64,000 nt of DNA from an uncultured bacterium (GTDB taxonomy: Bacteria; Vulcanimicrobiota; Xenobia; Xenobiales; Xenobiaceae). The notes below the pieces were generated by a model that was not told the DNA's origin, searched no databases, and saw only the letters and a list, made by a program, of their open reading frames with translations. Both the position numbers and the translations under genes were made by a program. This document shows, one piece after another, positions 9,519-19,920 of this stretch; the stretch's first letter is position 1; the number at the start of each line of letters is the position of its first letter. The DNA lies in the NCBI GenBank assembly GCA_958366945.1, contig CATXCY010000010.1, positions 6,463 through 70,462 on the forward strand, in the 5' to 3' direction.

Positions 9519-10325
9519 ATGGAATTCTATTGCGAAGAAATACGTGATTGGGTGCATGAAAATTATCAAGCTGCCTATTGCTTGGGCACAGGTGCTCTTA
9601 CTCTGGCCGCTTGGGCATTATGTCCGGAAAAATATAGAAAAGCTTCTGTTTTCTTTGGAGCCTACAGTGCCATTCTTACTCTAGGCGCTCTCTTAGAACC
9701 TTGCGTCAATGTTACTTCATCTTTATATGGAGAAGTTCTTGCCTATGGCAGTCGCCAAGGCCATAAAATTGCTCTTACTTTCGATGATGGCCCCCATCCT
9801 CTCAACACTCCTTTGATTTTAGATGTTTTGGCTAAGGAAAATGTTAAGGCCTCATTTTTCTGTGTAGGACAAAATGTTCTTGAGTTTCCAAAATTAGTCA
9901 AGCGCATTAAAGCTGAAGGCCACTTGGTAGGTTCGCATAGCTTTTCGCATTGTAATTTCTTAGGCTGTACGCCAGGTCGCGCTCGTCGAGAAATCGCTGA
10001 AGGCGGTTTAGCTTTGGAAGCAGTTTTAGGTGAAAAAACGCGCTATTATCGTCCTCCTTACGGAATGCGTTATCCTTGGAATTTGGCTGATGGCAGTCGC
10101 TTGCGCCAGTTAGCTGTGTTGTGGTCTAATTGTCCTCGTGATTGGCAGCTCCCTGGAACTGATGTTATTGCCCAAAGGGTAGTATCTCAAGCCAAGCCCG
10201 GAGATATTGTTTTGTTGCATGATGGTGGCGGAGATCGCGAGCAAACTGCTCAGGCCTTACCTTTGATTATTGCTGGTTTGCGTGAGCGTGGCTTTGAATT
10301 TGTGCGTGTTGATGAATTAATCTAA
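9519..10325 (+). CDS. Polysaccharide deacetylase (NodB homology / CE4 family), membrane-anchored
   Basis: IALTFDDGPHPLNTPLILDVL...ASFFCVGQNV...EGHLVGSHSFSH: TFDDGP and His motifs typical of CE4. Hydrophobic N-terminal segment. Confidence 0.8.
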   Translation: MEFYCEEIRDWVHENYQAAYCLGTGALTLAAWALCPEKYRKASVFFGAYSAILTLGALLEPCVNVTSSLYGEVLAYGSRQGHKIALTFDDGPHPLNTPLILDVLAKENVKASFFCVGQNVLEFPKLVKRIKAEGHLVGSHSFSHCNFLGCTPGRARREIAEGGLALEAVLGEKTRYYRPPYGMRYPWNLADGSRLRQLAVLWSNCPRDWQLPGTDVIAQRVVSQAKPGDIVLLHDGGGDREQTAQALPLIIAGLRERGFEFVRVDELI

Positions 10326-10382
10326 AAATATTTCCATTTTCACTATCTGCAATTTTCTTGGAAAATTTTTTTGCAAATAAAA

Positions 10383-12479
10383 ATGAACAAACAGCCTAAA
10401 GTACGCCTTTTGGAAAAGAGTGTTTATGAGCGCATTGCTGCCGGAGAAGTTGTTGATCGCCCGGCTTCGGTTGTAAAAGAACTGGTAGAAAATGCTCTCG
10501 ATGCCGCTTCAAGTAAAATTAGTGTGAATATTCGCGGCGGTGGTAGAGAACTTATGCAAGTTGTAGATGATGGATGCGGAATGAGCAGTGAGGATGCTCG
10601 TTTAGCTGTTCAGCGTTTTGCAACTTCCAAAATAAAAGAATGGGAAGATCTAGACAACCTTTTTACTTTGGGATTTCGCGGTGAGGCTTTGCCCAGTATC
10701 GCCGCCGTCTCTCGCTTGGAAATTCGCACTTGCCAAGCTGGCGATCTTGAAGGTACTCTTCTCACCATGGAAGGAGCAAGCGAGCCGAATTTAAGTGTTT
10801 GCGCTGCTGTGCCTGGAACTCGCATTACAGTACGTGATCTCTTTTACAATACTCCGGCCCGTTTAAAATTTTTGCGTTCTGCAGGCGCCGAAAGCGCTCA
10901 AATTATCGATCTTTTAGGGCGTTTGGCCGCAGCTTGGCCCGAAGTCGCCTTTACGCTTCACTCCAATGATCGGGAAATTTTTTCTTTTACTGCCGATATG
11001 GGCAGCGACAAACGCTTAGCCAAACTGTGGAAATTGGATAGCACCAGTTTTATACCTATTTTTGACAGTGCTGAGGGCATGAGCATAGATGGTTTCGTGG
11101 CTCGTCCAGATGTGGCTAAAAGCAATCGCACCTATCAATTATTTGTCATGAATGGGCGAGTAATACGCTCGCAAAATCTTTCTCAGGCTCTATTGGAAGG
11201 TTTCTCGCCTTTGGTTGAAAAGGGCCGCTTTCCTGTGGGAATGTTGCGTTTGACCGTCGATCCAGCTTTTGTCGATGTCAATGTTCATCCTACCAAGTTG
11301 GAAGTAAGGTTCGCCGAGCCACGACCTGTGTTTTCTTTGGTATACAGAGCCGTCAGTAAAGCTTTGGAAGTTTATCGTGCTGATAGTGTCTTGCCCAAAC
11401 ATTTCGATTTCTTAGCTCGTAAAGCCGAAGCTCAAAGAGAAATGTCTATAGCTTCCTCTCGAATAGACGAAGCTTGCCTAGATGAAAAAAAATCAGAACA
11501 TATTGTCACAGCGGATACTGAAAGTAAGAAAGCTCTTTCGGCTAGTCAGGTTGAAAGGCAAAAGACACCTTCTGGTCGTTTGTATCTTCCAGAATCTGCT
11601 TTTAGCAATAAGTGCTTAGAAAAAGAAGTTACGCCCGCTTGTAAGCCCTTGGCTGGCAAAGCAAAATTAGCTCTGGAATTGTATACGCCTTTAAATGATG
11701 AGCGTGCTGCTTCAGATTCGTCTCAAGCTTCCCCAAGCACACATTCTGGAGACGAGCGCCAACTTGGAACGAGGGCGGTTGATGAAGTTATAGCCGAATC
11801 AAAACAAGAAAAAGCTGTCGCAACTTCTGAAACTTCTCATAATTCTGTACCTTTGCAACAGGGTGAGCTGTGGCGCGGTACGGTCGCAACGGAAGTTCCT
11901 AAATTCAAAGTACTTGGGCAAGTATACAAAACTTTTATAGTTGGATTATGTGAAGACAAGTTGTGGTTGGTCGATCAGCATACAGCTCAAGAACGCATCA
12001 ACTACGAGAAATTTGCCAATATACAAGCTCTAAGTGAACGATCACAAGGATTGCTTATTCCTGAAATAGTGGAATTTACTCCTCACGTCAGTCAGTTTTT
12101 GCAAGATAGTTTAGATTCTTTTCGCGAGTATGGCTATGAGGTAGAGAGCTTTGGCCCGGAACGTTTTGCTTTGAGAGGAGTGCCTGTTGCTTTACCTTTG
12201 CAAAAAGCTGCTGCCACTTTTGCCGAGTTGGTGGAAGAGCTAGCTGGGGAATTTATCTCTGTTCGCGATAATATCCGTGAGCATATGAGGGAAAAAATTA
12301 GAGCCATGGCTAGTTGCAAAGCCGCTGTCAAAGCTGGAGATGTTCTCAGCTTTGAAGCCATGGAAGGCTTGGTAAACAATATGCTTAAAGTTGAGCATTC
12401 ACTTTATTGTCCGCATGGTCGTCCCACTAGAATTATTTTAGAGGAAAAAGTACTAGAGCGTCTTTTCCATCGTATTTGA
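10383..12479 (+). CDS. mutL: DNA mismatch repair protein MutL
   Basis: IAAGEVVDRPASVVKELVENALDA...VVDDGCGMS GHKL ATPase motifs, and a C-terminal dimerisation domain. ATG at 10383 preferred over the TTG at 10371. Confidence 0.9.
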   Translation: MNKQPKVRLLEKSVYERIAAGEVVDRPASVVKELVENALDAASSKISVNIRGGGRELMQVVDDGCGMSSEDARLAVQRFATSKIKEWEDLDNLFTLGFRGEALPSIAAVSRLEIRTCQAGDLEGTLLTMEGASEPNLSVCAAVPGTRITVRDLFYNTPARLKFLRSAGAESAQIIDLLGRLAAAWPEVAFTLHSNDREIFSFTADMGSDKRLAKLWKLDSTSFIPIFDSAEGMSIDGFVARPDVAKSNRTYQLFVMNGRVIRSQNLSQALLEGFSPLVEKGRFPVGMLRLTVDPAFVDVNVHPTKLEVRFAEPRPVFSLVYRAVSKALEVYRADSVLPKHFDFLARKAEAQREMSIASSRIDEACLDEKKSEHIVTADTESKKALSASQVERQKTPSGRLYLPESAFSNKCLEKEVTPACKPLAGKAKLALELYTPLNDERAASDSSQASPSTHSGDERQLGTRAVDEVIAESKQEKAVATSETSHNSVPLQQGELWRGTVATEVPKFKVLGQVYKTFIVGLCEDKLWLVDQHTAQERINYEKFANIQALSERSQGLLIPEIVEFTPHVSQFLQDSLDSFREYGYEVESFGPERFALRGVPVALPLQKAAATFAELVEELAGEFISVRDNIREHMREKIRAMASCKAAVKAGDVLSFEAMEGLVNNMLKVEHSLYCPHGRPTRIILEEKVLERLFHRI

Positions 12480-12496
12480 GCAAATATCCAATAAAT

Positions 12497-12550
12497 AAAG
12501 AGAACAACCGCAGTCCGTTTGTGACTAAAAGAGGTTGTTCTCTTTATTTT
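12497..12550. terminator. Bidirectional rho-independent terminator (mutL / fic convergent)
   Basis: aaAGAGAACAACCgcagtccgtttgtgactaaaagaGGTTGTTCTCTttatttt. Confidence 0.7.
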
Positions 12551-12577
12551 GCGATCTAGTTTGGCGCTAAAAAGTAA

Positions 12578-13846
12578 TTAATTGATAACTTGGTGCAACT
12601 CTTTGCGGTTCATACAATTGAGATATATCTCTTCCAGGACGTATTTTACTTCATGATCGTTGCGCTTTTGCAATCCTTTTGTCACGATCAGAAAACGAGC
12701 AGCGAAGCTGTCGGGGATCTTCTCGAAAGGCATATGTAACATGTTCAGCATATGGCCCAAAATAATACGTGCAGTACGACTGTTTCCATCTTGGAAAGGA
12801 TGAATATGCACAAACTCGTTATAAGCGTAAGCGCACAAATCGAGAGCTTCTTCAAAAGTAGAAGGCTCGCAGCCTGATAGATTGTCAACTAACTGGCGCA
12901 ATCGCTGAGGAATTTCGTTAATAGGAGCAGGCTTGAAGTTGGGGTTATTAGCTATGACCACCTCATGATCTCGATAAACGCCACCAAAGTTTGTGTTGGC
13001 CATGGCTAAATGGTGATATTCGCGCAAAATATCTACGGTCAACCTTTTGCCGTCGCGACTGTATTCTTGCATCTTTTGCCAAGAATTTTCGTAACACTCC
13101 TTAGAAGCAGGATCGAACATTTCCGAATCTTCTTTTTCGACGCTTTCTTTTATCTCTTCTCCCAAAGGAGAAAGCCCCCAATTGCGTCCCGCTAGGTTTT
13201 TGTTATGAAAGAGTTCCATAGCCGCTTGCAACTGGGGATCGTCTGGATTTTGAAAATTCTCAGTGCGTCCTTCCAAAAATTGCTCTAAGGGCATCTTTCT
13301 CCTAAAAAAGAAAGACTTGGCACGTTTGATCTTTAAATAGTCGCATAAACCGTCCAAGAATATGTTCTCTACCATGCGTCCGGTAAATGGCTCATAGCTA
13401 TAAATAAGCAACAGAGCATTATCTACTAAACGACAGAGTAAAGCTGGATCTAAAAGCTCGGCAGGTACATCTCGATTATTAAAATGATCGCTTCTGTAGG
13501 CTTTTTTCAAGAAAGCAATCATTTGTTCGGAAAAATAAAAATTGTAGTCGCAATTAGAAGCTAGAGCGAAAGAGAGCGTTTGTCGCAAATTCTTAGCCAC
13601 TTGCGATTTATTGTTAAGAATGTAGTGATCGCGACTATCGCAGACAATTAGCCCTTCTTCTTCTAAGTCATACAGGGGCTTAATTAAAGAACGCTCACGA
13701 TCGACATGTAAGATGTGAGCTAGTCTGGTCAGAGCAATCCCTTCCGGGCGTCCGGCTACGCAAGCAAAAAGATCCCATCTGGTAATATCTTGAGAACTTA
13801 AATGAAAGCTGTGATTTGAAGGGAGAGACATTTTTGCAATACCCAA
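12578..13846 (-). CDS. Fic/DOC family protein with N-terminal winged-helix-like region
   Basis: Fic active-site motif HPFQDGNSRTAR (HxFx(D/E)GN(G/S)RxxR). Confidence 0.8.
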   Translation of the reverse strand: MGIAKMSLPSNHSFHLSSQDITRWDLFACVAGRPEGIALTRLAHILHVDRERSLIKPLYDLEEEGLIVCDSRDHYILNNKSQVAKNLRQTLSFALASNCDYNFYFSEQMIAFLKKAYRSDHFNNRDVPAELLDPALLCRLVDNALLLIYSYEPFTGRMVENIFLDGLCDYLKIKRAKSFFFRRKMPLEQFLEGRTENFQNPDDPQLQAAMELFHNKNLAGRNWGLSPLGEEIKESVEKEDSEMFDPASKECYENSWQKMQEYSRDGKRLTVDILREYHHLAMANTNFGGVYRDHEVVIANNPNFKPAPINEIPQRLRQLVDNLSGCEPSTFEEALDLCAYAYNEFVHIHPFQDGNSRTARIILGHMLNMLHMPFEKIPDSFAARFLIVTKGLQKRNDHEVKYVLEEIYLNCMNRKELHQVIN

Positions 13847-14002
13847 TCCTAAAAGTTGACTCCCCCTCTTCTATAGTTCGTTTATATATCCTAGCAAGGG
13901 TGTCAATTTTGAGAGCGCCTTGAAGTCGGCCTTCCAATTTCTTAGACAAAATTTCTTTTTATTTGAAGGAGTGGAGGGCCTTTAATTGAATGCGCACTCA
14001 TC

Positions 14003-14422
14003 ATGTTTTCAGAAGTAATCTCTTATCATGCCTCTTCTACGGGCTCTGCCCAGGGGCTTTATAACGTCACCCAGCAGATTAACGATGTTGTAAAGCACAG
14101 CAACATCGAAAATGGTATGTGCAACCTTTTTGTTTTGCATACTTCCTGCAGTTTGTGCATTCAAGAGAATCATGACCCCAACGCTCGTCATGACCTCGAA
14201 GAGTGGATGAAGCGCACTATTCCCTTTACCGACTGGTTCAAACATGTCGAAGAAGGCGAAGATGATATGCCTTCCCATATTAAGTCCGCTATTACCAACG
14301 TTTGCTTGACCATTCCCGTTATCGATGGCAAGTTGGCTATGGGACAGTGGCAGGGTATCTATCTTTGGGAACACCGCAACAACCCTGGCGCTCGCAAAAT
14401 CCGCGTTACTCTTTGGAGCTAA
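14003..14422 (+). CDS. YjbQ/UPF0047 family protein (secondary thiamine-phosphate synthase-like)
   Basis: 139 aa. LTIPVIDGKLAMGQWQGIYLWEHR is characteristic of the YjbQ family. Confidence 0.7.
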   Translation: MFSEVISYHASSTGSAQGLYNVTQQINDVVKHSNIENGMCNLFVLHTSCSLCIQENHDPNARHDLEEWMKRTIPFTDWFKHVEEGEDDMPSHIKSAITNVCLTIPVIDGKLAMGQWQGIYLWEHRNNPGARKIRVTLWS

Positions 14423-14449
14423 TTTTAACGCTTTCGAATTAAGCATGGT

Positions 14450-15157
14450 ATGACTGCAGAACGTTTACAGAAACTTATGGCTTCCGGTGGGGTTGGCTCA
14501 CGTCGACATTGTGAGTCTCTCATTACCGGTGGACAAGTAAAAGTAAACGGTCGGGTCGCTTCTTTAGGCGATAAGGCCGATCTTGACAGTGATGATGTTG
14601 AAGTCGTTGGTTGGGGAAAACTCGCCAAGGCTGTGTCTGAGAGAATTTACGTTGTTCTCAATAAACCTCGTGGCTTTGTCTCTACTGTTAAGGATCAAGC
14701 TGATCGTCCTACTGTTATGGAATTCGTCAAAGATATTCCTACCCGCATATATCCTGTCGGAAGATTGGATCGCGATACGGAAGGTCTCCTCATTTTTACC
14801 AATGATGGAGATTTGACCAATAAATTGCTCCACCCCAGCAGTTTGATCGATAAAGTTTATGTTGCCAATGTGGATGTAACTCCAGGTGAGCGCGAAGTTG
14901 GCTTCTTGGAAGAGGGAGTTTGCCTCGATGACGGTTGGACCGCTCCTGCCAAAGTAAAAATTTTGGCGGACAATGTCGTGCAAATAACTATCCATGAGGG
15001 GCGCAAGCGTCAAGTACGTCGTATGTTGGCCGCTGTAGGCTGTAAAGTCAAGAAACTGGAGAGAATAAAACTGGGGCCGATCAACTTAGGCAATCTGCCT
15101 CGTGGCAAGTATCGTCACTTGAGTGAAAGTGAAATAAAAGCTCTGAAAAAATTGTAA
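14450..15157 (+). CDS. rRNA pseudouridine synthase (RluB/RsuA family) with N-terminal S4 domain
   Basis: S4-like N-terminus (RLQKLMASGGVGSRRHCESLI), catalytic motif GRLDRDTEGLLIFTNDGDL, C-terminal KRQVRRM. Confidence 0.85.
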   Translation: MTAERLQKLMASGGVGSRRHCESLITGGQVKVNGRVASLGDKADLDSDDVEVVGWGKLAKAVSERIYVVLNKPRGFVSTVKDQADRPTVMEFVKDIPTRIYPVGRLDRDTEGLLIFTNDGDLTNKLLHPSSLIDKVYVANVDVTPGEREVGFLEEGVCLDDGWTAPAKVKILADNVVQITIHEGRKRQVRRMLAAVGCKVKKLERIKLGPINLGNLPRGKYRHLSESEIKALKKL

Positions 15158-15182
15158 GATTCAGAATTACTTGCCCTTATAG

Positions 15183-15211
15183 AAAAGCTCCCTGTCGGGA
15201 GCTTTTTTTGT
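15183..15211. terminator. Rho-independent terminator
   Basis: AAAAGCTCCCtgtcGGGAGCTTTTTTtg. Confidence 0.75.
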
Positions 15212-15241
15212 TGATCTTCTTATTTAGCGTCCAAGCTGACG

Positions 15242-15934
15242 TTAGATAAAGAGCCCTTGCTTCTTGGCTAGACGGCGCACAGTTTTGATATCTGCGCACA
15301 ATTTATCGTATTTGGGAAAAAAGAAGCGCTCTACCAAAAAACTCGTTTTTCCGTCGCTGATTACAGTATAGTCAAAGGGGCTTTTTGTTTGCTTCGTCTC
15401 GGTTGCTGTTTGAAAATCTTTCCAAGCCATATTTACTGGCTTGTCGTGTCCATTGTCATAGATTAAGTGGACAGGTGTAAGAGTAATAGTTCTGTTTCGA
15501 AATCTATAATAAGAAATGATTATCATGCACAGGCTGACAATAGCCAACAATATAGGCACAGAGGCTAAGATAATTACGTCCGGTTCGATTATGTCTCCAC
15601 GGCCGCTTATCATTAGAATACCCGATCTTATAAGCAAGACGGCCAGGACGGCGATGATGAAAGAAATAATATAAAAATTCTTCATAGAAGACTTGTAAAT
15701 GACTTTTTTGTCAAGTACATCGTCTTTACTTTCAGTAGCTGCCGAATTGCCAACAGGAGGAACCTGAGGATCGGAAGTATTATCTGAGCCCTGAGAGGGT
15801 GCGCCTTTTAATGTATCTTTACTCACCTTTGGCAAGTTATGGAAAAAAGTCAGAAATCCTTTTTGCAAAGCTTCGGAGGCTACACTGTCGCTTGCTGCAG
15901 AGGAGTTGTCTACTAAAAAGACGGAGTGGAACAA
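15242..15934 (-). CDS. Membrane protein with C-terminal bacterial PH-like domain (true start probably downstream of the annotated one)
   Basis: Two TM helices (FYIISFIIAVLAVLLI; ILASVPILLAIVSLCMIII) followed by YTVISDGKTSFLVERFFFPK. The annotated 5' end overlaps the divergent dnaG start, so an internal start is likely. Confidence 0.4.
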   Translation of the reverse strand: MFHSVFLVDNSSAASDSVASEALQKGFLTFFHNLPKVSKDTLKGAPSQGSDNTSDPQVPPVGNSAATESKDDVLDKKVIYKSSMKNFYIISFIIAVLAVLLIRSGILMISGRGDIIEPDVIILASVPILLAIVSLCMIIISYYRFRNRTITLTPVHLIYDNGHDKPVNMAWKDFQTATETKQTKSPFDYTVISDGKTSFLVERFFFPKYDKLCADIKTVRRLAKKQGLFI

Positions 15935-17677
15935 GCTGTGAAAATTCCGGAATCAGCTATCAATGAAATAAATAACCGTATAGAAATTACTGAAGTCATA
16001 GGTCGCTATTTGCAACTTAGGAGAGTCGGCAGTAAGTATGTCGGTTTATGTCCTTTTCATAATGAAAAAACTCCCTCGTTTAGTGTAGATCCTGATCGTC
16101 GCTTTTGGTATTGCTTTGGGTGTAAGCAAGGTGGAAATATTTTCCAATTTCTAATGAAAATGGAAGGCATGGGATTTCCTGAGGCTGTACGCAAATTGGC
16201 TGAAGAAGCCGGAGTGGAAATAAAGTGGGAAAATGATAGCTCCAAGCAAGATACTACCAGGCAAAGATACTTGCAACTTTTAGATCGTGTTTGCAAATAT
16301 TACAGTCACGTTTTATTCGAAACTGTGGAGGGGGCTCCAGGTCGTGAGTATTTGTTGCAGAGGCGTATTTCAAAGAGCGTGGCAGAAAAGTTTCGTTTAG
16401 GATTTGCACCTAGCAATGCTGCACCTTTGTTAAAAATAGTACATGAAGCCGGTTTTAGTGATGAAGAATTAGTTAATTGTGGCATATTCATTAGAAAAGA
16501 ACGTGGCGTGCGTGAACTTCTCAGCGGTCGCTTGATTTTTCCTATAGCTGATTTTCAAGGGCGTATTATTGCTATGGGTGGACGTATTTTGGGGACGGGT
16601 CTTCCTAAATACATAAATTCTCCGGAGACGGAAGTCTATTCCAAGAGATGTCATTTATATGGTCTCAATGTTGCCCGGGGGCCAATTTCGCGTGAAAATA
16701 GAGCTATAGTTGTTGAAGGGTATCTCGATGTTATTTCCATGCATCAAATAGGCTTTGATTGCTGTGTCGCTTCTTTGGGCACTGCTTTAACAACTGAACA
16801 AGCCAAATTATTAAAGCGTTATGCTACTCAAGTTATCTTGGCTTATGATGGTGATTCTGCTGGAGCTAAAGCTATCATTAAAGCTAATGATGTTTTGGAA
16901 GAAGAGGGATTACAAGTTGTAACTGCAGTTTGGCCTGATGGCGAAGATCCTGATTCTATGGCTGCCCGTGGTCGTCTGGCTGTTGAAGAAGTTCTCAAAG
17001 AAAAAATAGGTATCGTAAAATTTGTAATTCAGAGGCAACTTAAGCTGACAGATACGACTACTCCTGAAGGCAAAGAAAATTTAGTTAAGCTCGTACTTCC
17101 ATTTATTGAAAAAATTCAAGATCCAGTACGTCGTGATGCTTATGTGAGAGAGTTGGCCTATTATAGCGGCTTTTCTGAAAGTAAATTGGCACTGTATTTA
17201 CGCCGTCGCAAGCACAAAATTGATTATCACTCTTTTTCAGAGCCAAAATTACGCACTCGTCTTCTCAATACTGAAGAAAAATTATTTAGTTTGTGCACGG
17301 CACATCCAGAATGGTTGGAACAAGTTAAAAAGATTATCAGTCCAAGTTTAATAGATGATGAATATATGCGTCATTGGTTTGAGAAGCTTTGGCTTTTAGA
17401 TAAACAGGATGGACCTATTAGCGTTACCGAACTTTTGGGTGAAGGAGCTTCTGAAGATGATTGTGCTAAACTTACCGAGATTATGGCTTATGATCGCTTA
17501 GATTCCAACTTTGAGGATGCTATTCAGTTGGCTTCTAATATAAGAAATGAAAATTTAAAGAAATCTTTGGATAGAATAAAGTATCAAATGTTCGAAAAAA
17601 TGGCTTCCGGAAATATGACTGAAGATGATCCTCTTTATTTGGAATATATGAATTTGCAAAAGATATTGCGCGGATAA
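15926..17677 (+). CDS. dnaG: DNA primase DnaG
   Basis: CHC2 zinc finger CPFHNEKTPSFSV...YCFGCKQGG, and a TOPRIM region (EGYLDVIS...YDGDSAG). GTG start after the RBS acggag. Confidence 0.9.
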   Translation: MEQAVKIPESAINEINNRIEITEVIGRYLQLRRVGSKYVGLCPFHNEKTPSFSVDPDRRFWYCFGCKQGGNIFQFLMKMEGMGFPEAVRKLAEEAGVEIKWENDSSKQDTTRQRYLQLLDRVCKYYSHVLFETVEGAPGREYLLQRRISKSVAEKFRLGFAPSNAAPLLKIVHEAGFSDEELVNCGIFIRKERGVRELLSGRLIFPIADFQGRIIAMGGRILGTGLPKYINSPETEVYSKRCHLYGLNVARGPISRENRAIVVEGYLDVISMHQIGFDCCVASLGTALTTEQAKLLKRYATQVILAYDGDSAGAKAIIKANDVLEEEGLQVVTAVWPDGEDPDSMAARGRLAVEEVLKEKIGIVKFVIQRQLKLTDTTTPEGKENLVKLVLPFIEKIQDPVRRDAYVRELAYYSGFSESKLALYLRRRKHKIDYHSFSEPKLRTRLLNTEEKLFSLCTAHPEWLEQVKKIISPSLIDDEYMRHWFEKLWLLDKQDGPISVTELLGEGASEDDCAKLTEIMAYDRLDSNFEDAIQLASNIRNENLKKSLDRIKYQMFEKMASGNMTEDDPLYLEYMNLQKILRG

Positions 17678-18152
17678 AGTTAAGGAAGTTACATATTTTT
17701 ATAAAGTCATTGGCTTTGTTATCGGTCAAAGTGTGGCTGTGAGCAAAAAGCCTCATAACAAAAAGCAGGAAAAACCATTTTTCTTAGGTATTAACAAAAG
17801 CTGTTGTCAATGGTAAAGAGATATGCTTATTTGCACAACAGTCAGAGTTGTGCCTGACGATTTATGCTAGGCACTTTGATAGAAAAAAACAACATAATTG
17901 TATATGAGGTATTGTCGGGCAGAGTTTATGGCAGGAAATGGAATTTTATACCGTTCCAAAATTTGTTCTAGGTCTGTTCGATACTTGTCGGCTTTTTGTC
18001 GAAATATTGCAGCTTCGGACAAGCGAATAAGCTCTCTGTGGAGGGGGGCTTTCGGCCTTCTTCCGAAAGTGCAGAGTTTGTAGGCTGCTTATGTTAGCAG
18101 CATGTGAGACAAGATTCTGTTTTTTTTTAGCAGCGTAAGGTAAAGGTTTGTT

Positions 18153-19889
18153 ATGGAAAATATAAGGGGAGAAAAGCACACCAAGAGTATTGCGGAATTG
18201 GACCTAGGTACTTCTATGTCTGATTTATGTCTTGGAGCGGATCTCAGCTCGAGTGATAACCTTGGACTTGGTACTGTGGGGTCGGCTGCGAGCTACGGAG
18301 CATACGATTGTGAGGATCTGGATTTGGTAGATTCTGCTCCGTCCTCCAATTTTGACGAGCCTCCGGAACTTGTTGCTCCTGAATTGGCTCAAAAGAAGAG
18401 AGCGGAAGCTGCCAAGCATGCCGAACTTGAACTTAAGTTGGAAGAAGCCAGACAACAGCTCAAGAAAGCTGAGGCTAATAAGTCAAAATCTGTTAAGGTA
18501 GCGCACAAGCCCTCCAAAGCCAAGAAAAAGACCGATAGTTCTGTAGAGGTTACTGTAGACGATCCTGTACGCCAATATTTAAAAGAAATTGGTAGGGTCG
18601 AATTACTTACTCCGGAGCGAGAGTGTGAGCTGGCTCAGAGCATTGAAAAAGGCAATGAGGCTGCTGAGACTTTGCTTATGGAGCCAGGCTTCCGCGAATT
18701 AGTTTTGGATCTTTTAAGCGAAGTAGCTGATAAACGTGATGTCCCCGGATTTTCTCTCACTTTAGATGAAACTGAGCCTGATATAAATAAAGAAGATGAC
18801 ATTAATGATGCGGCACCAACTTCACATAGCACCTTGATTGATGTCGTCAATAGGCTTAAAACTTGTGATTCCAAAGTTTGGAAAATTAAGTTCCGTGAAT
18901 TGGTTGAACGTCAAAAGCTGGTTGAGGAGTGCTTCAACGAGGCTAAGCGTCAGTACCGTTTAGGAATACTCAAAGATGTAAAAAACGAAGTTCCCAAGGC
19001 CACTGAGCGTCTGAAACGCTTTGAAGATCTGGATAAATTGGTCAGAGCCGGAAGCTCTTCAAAACGTGATCTTACCGAAGCCAACTTACGTTTGGTAGTC
19101 AGCATAGCTAAAAAATATATTAGTCGTGGTATGCTCTTTTTGGATCTTATCCAAGAAGGCAATTTAGGCCTTATTCGTGCCGTAGAAAAATTTAATTATC
19201 GCAAAGGGTATAAGTTTAGTACATACGCCACGTGGTGGATTCGTCAAGCTATTACCAGAGCCTTGGCTGATCAAGCCCGTACTATCCGTATCCCTGTGCA
19301 TATGGTTGAAACGATCAATCGCCTTACTCGTGTCACTAGATTGCTGTTGCAAGAAAATGGCCGCGATCCAACGGTAGAAGAGATTGCTATGCGCATGTAT
19401 CCTATCGATGAAGATGCGCTTTGCAACGAGTTGAGTGAGCTTTACAAAGAGACCATTACTCCTGAGAATAAGCGCTATCAAGAAAAAGTAGCAGAGCGAA
19501 AGCGCAGTGCTGAAGCTAAAGTGCGTGAAATTCAAAAGATCGCTCAGGAGCCCATTTCTTTGGAAACTCCTATCGGTGAAGAAGAAGATTCTCACTTAGG
19601 AGATTTTATCGAGGATGAGGGAGCTGTCGCTCCGGCCGAAGCTGCTGCTAGAGTGTGGCTTAGTGAGCGTATAAAGGAAGTTTTGGATAAACTTTCGGTG
19701 CGCGAGCGGGAAGTGCTTGAGTTGCGTTTTGGCTTGCGTGATGGCCATACGCGTACTTTGGAAGAAGTAGGCAGCATCTTCAAAGTTACACGTGAGCGTA
19801 TCCGTCAAATTGAAGCTAAGGCTTTGCGCAAATTGCGTTTACCTGAGCCGCGTAAATTCTTGCAAGATTATTGGGATGCTAATAATTAA
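18153..19889 (+). CDS. rpoD: RNA polymerase primary sigma factor (sigma-70 family) RpoD
   Basis: Region 1.2 [17 protein letters not shown], region 2 [60 protein letters not shown], region 4 [27 protein letters not shown]. Confidence 0.92.
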   Translation: MENIRGEKHTKSIAELDLGTSMSDLCLGADLSSSDNLGLGTVGSAASYGAYDCEDLDLVDSAPSSNFDEPPELVAPELAQKKRAEAAKHAELELKLEEARQQLKKAEANKSKSVKVAHKPSKAKKKTDSSVEVTVDDPVRQYLKEIGRVELLTPERECELAQSIEKGNEAAETLLMEPGFRELVLDLLSEVADKRDVPGFSLTLDETEPDINKEDDINDAAPTSHSTLIDVVNRLKTCDSKVWKIKFRELVERQKLVEECFNEAKRQYRLGILKDVKNEVPKATERLKRFEDLDKLVRAGSSSKRDLTEANLRLVVSIAKKYISRGMLFLDLIQEGNLGLIRAVEKFNYRKGYKFSTYATWWIRQAITRALADQARTIRIPVHMVETINRLTRVTRLLLQENGRDPTVEEIAMRMYPIDEDALCNELSELYKETITPENKRYQEKVAERKRSAEAKVREIQKIAQEPISLETPIGEEEDSHLGDFIEDEGAVAPAEAAARVWLSERIKEVLDKLSVREREVLELRFGLRDGHTRTLEEVGSIFKVTRERIRQIEAKALRKLRLPEPRKFLQDYWDANN

Positions 19890-19920
19890 GCTGCTGTTAT
19901 AAGCGGCCGCAAAAAAGTGG

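Noticed and set aside
15926-15934. Apparent 9-nt overlap of divergent dnaG and membrane-protein start codons
   Set aside because: More likely the minus-strand gene starts at a downstream Met/alternative start. The ORF track reports the longest ORF.
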